The translations under genes and the position numbers were made by a program. This document shows, piece after piece, positions 61,062 through 64,000 of a stretch of DNA of 64,000 nucleotides. The DNA lies in contig OX597824.1 of the NCBI GenBank assembly GCA_951406725.2, forward strand, positions 32,302,001 to 32,366,000, in the 5' to 3' direction. Each line of letters begins with the position of its first letter. Position 1 is the stretch's first letter. Source of the stretch: Octopus vulgaris (lineage: Eukaryota). The notes beneath the pieces are model-generated. The model saw only the letters and a list, made by a program, of their open reading frames with translations. It did not search any database and was not told where the DNA came from.

Positions 61062-63589
61062 TTTATCATTTATCAACTTGATTGTATATATATATATATA
61101 TACAATCAAGTTGATAAATGATAGGATACACACCAAGGGATTCCTGTAATTTTTATCATGAGAATAAAATAATTTAAACAAATTATATTATAAAAGACTG
61201 AACCATATATATCATATATAAAATCTCTTGGTAAAGTAGCATCTAATAACCAGAAGTAATTCACAAAGTAGTTAATAACATTGAACAATAATGTTTATAA
61301 TTAACAATAAAATATTTAGAACAAATAAGGCATTTTTTTAGTGTCATTGATAAACAGTGTCAATATAGTAACATGTAAACATATGTAAAAAACAAATGTA
61401 AACAGATGATGTTTGTTAATGGTGCCAAGCACATACACACACAGAGAGAGGCAAGGATTTGAAAGTGCTAAAAGGAGATAAAGAAATGAAAAAAGAAGAC
61501 AAAAAACAGAAAAGAATCTATTAAAAAAAATAAACTAAATATTTAATATCTATTTAGATATGAAATTTCATATAACATTATAAAACATCACATTAGATAA
61601 GGATATAGAAATAAATATATTTTGAGTTCGTTTATGATATCAGATAAAAGAAAAAAAAACATGAACAATGAGGATAATGAAATGACATGTGCAACTTGTG
61701 TTGATGATCAATCTAAAATTGGTTATCAAAATAATTCAGTTGGGTAAAGTATTAAGATAATATGAAAGGTTAATTTAACTGTTCCAGCAAGTAAATACAT
61801 TTCTTCCAACTAAAACAAACAGCTTAATATTCTAATTACTGTACTGGCGCTCAATCCATTAAAACAACGAGGGTTCAAGTGGAACAGTGAAATTAATGTG
61901 CAAGTAGCTGAGCACGCCACAGACATGTGTACCCCTGACATAGTTTTCAGGGAGATTCAGTGTGATACAGAAAGTGACAAGGCTGGCCCTTTGAATTACA
62001 GATGCAACTCATTTTTGCCAGCTGAGTGGACTGGAGCAACATGAAAAGAAGTGTCTTGCTCAAGGACATTTTGCATTGCCAGGAATTGAACTCACGACCA
62101 TACAATCATGAACCGAATACCCTAACCTTCTAATTCCTGTAGCTAAAAGACACAAAAATATATTAGATGCACTTCAGTTTCAGTAGCGTTATATTCAGGA
62201 AAAAAGATATTTAGTGCATTAAAACATGTAATATAGGCCCAACTTAGCATACAGGACCTGCAGCAATTTTTAAAGATTTTTTTTTTGAGAAAAAGAGATT
62301 TCTTATACATCATCACATATGGTGTTTGAATTTTCAAATGGATTAGTAACAAAAAAAAAAAGAAAGAAACCCTTTTGATACCAGCCTGGTTGACTGTCTT
62401 CGGGTTTATGATATAAAACATCTTGTTGCAGAATATCTATATTTACATTAAAATCTTCCATCATAATTTATATGAGAACCCTTTTTTAAGTTATATTTTT
62501 AAATACTATGCAAGCGATGAGATCATCAGCTATTTTAATAAAACTTCTTCAAAATCTTCATTATTATCTAAATTAATTGAAACATTTGCACAACATGTCC
62601 CTTAAGAAATATAGCCATGAAGGTCTAAAAACAGAGTTGGACTAAAAATAAATCTAAAAATATTTGAATATTTTGATACATAAAACTGATATAAATTATT
62701 ACTTCACTGATATCACACTTTGCTGATATATTTGACTGATATCATAACTGAATTGAATGATATAATTGCTTAAAATTTTGTAAGCAATCTATTTTTATCA
62801 ATTCTTAGAGAAGTAGATACCTGAATCAAACTCTTTCAAGATATAGTAGTTAGAAATGTCAACAAGTGTTTCAGAGGTAAAAAAATAAAACAGCAGTTCT
62901 ATTGTTATTTACACTGCTTTCCAGACCAATACCAATAAAATTGTTGAGAATTTCTTTGTTGTAAAGATGTTTGATATTGATCCTTACTTACTTCCTTTAA
63001 TAAAATAATAAACAAGCAAAACCTGATCAGGTGTATTGTCCAGTGCAACAGTGATGTGTGATCGATGTAAACATCTGAATAATGGAGAAGAGAGAGAAAG
63101 AAGGAGAGAGAGAAAGGTTAAGAGAGGAAGGGGAAATATAAATAATGATGAGAGTTACATGGGAGAGATGAAAAAGAGATGAGAAAGAAATAGAGAGGGG
63201 AGGAGGAGAAAGACAAGGTGAGAGACAGAGACAGACAAAGAGAGAATGAATGAGAAAGGGCATACATGTTACATGGTTGGAAACTTATTGTAAAATTTTT
63301 ATTTATTTTTATTTCTTCATCATATAACAGATTTATATGAAAAACCTTAGAAATCTGGGCATTCTCCTTCTCTTTGTTGCTGTCATCATCATCATCATCA
63401 TTATTTCATTTTGGTTTTTCATGCAAGCAAGGGTTGAATGGATTATCATAGTTCAAGTAAATCCACATTTTGAGGTTACTGACCATCTCCCCAAGACAGA
63501 GTGGAGGGCCACCTTTTGCTTGTATATTCCATTTTCTTAACATGGTCTCTATTGCATGAGCCCTTTTTGCCCTAACCTCTTTACACACA

Positions 63590-63958
63590 CATCAGAACGA
63601 GGTGCCAATGCATAGTGTCAAAAATCCCAATATTGCCACCAAGACACAGATTCTGCAACAGCTTGGATTTCAAGGGCTCACAGCTCTTCAATATTCACCC
63701 CCAAAATCCTGAGAGTACCTGCATGCTGTGGATACAGGTGTCATCAAAACAGAACTGGATTTCCTCCTGTCAAGAGTTCTGGATGAGCTTACTTCACAGC
63801 AGGAAATACAGATGAGGACTGCAGCATCAAACTCACTTCATTCTCATTCATCAAATTTCATATCAAATTCCACATGTCAGAAGTGGTTTCAAATAGTGAA
63901 GGTGTAGCAATGCTAACAGTGGTGGCCTAACAGGGCTGTAGCTCTTGAGCTGGAACTA
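63590..63958 (+). mobile_element. CR1/L2-like LINE 3' fragment
   Basis: Frameshifted NSLDFKGSQLFNI...KTELDFLLSRVLDE...RTAASNSL followed by a 3' hairpin shared with the SINE tails. Confidence 0.6.
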
Positions 63959-64000
63959 GTTAAATTTATTCCAGTACTAAAGACACAGTCATGCTTTTGA

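Overview
AT-rich, repeat-dense animal genomic DNA, most likely a cephalopod (Octopus-like; inferred from the SINE and microsatellite landscape, not confirmed by search). The main gene is the 3' part of a ryanodine receptor (RyR) on the minus strand. I could place 21 GT-AG coding exons between 59617 and the TGA at 25263. They join in frame throughout (2641 nt, about 879 aa) and cover the EF-hand region, the divergent linker, S1-S6, the GGGIGD filter, the C2H2 zinc finger and the C-terminus; the 5' part lies beyond the window. Downstream of the gene are a decayed Rep/PIF1 Helitron (about 13.7-18.0 kb), short non-autonomous Helitrons, R4/Dong-type retrotransposon fragments sitting in (AAT)n tracts, and a candidate orphan coiled-coil ORF (7.26-7.66 kb). 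Mariner, hAT and piggyBac-type MITEs and dozens of tRNA-derived SINEs occur throughout. The most notable observations are a minimal hammerhead-ribozyme motif plus a decayed one in RyR introns, a near-perfect 500-bp inverted duplication abutting a Helitron 5' end, and a loop-less palindrome 60 nt from a RyR splice acceptor. Intronic SINEs also show a strong sense-strand bias, possibly because the antisense tail of one family reads as a ready-made splice acceptor. I found no evidence of a wholly new multi-gene system. All alignments were done by eye, and repeat boundaries are approximate.
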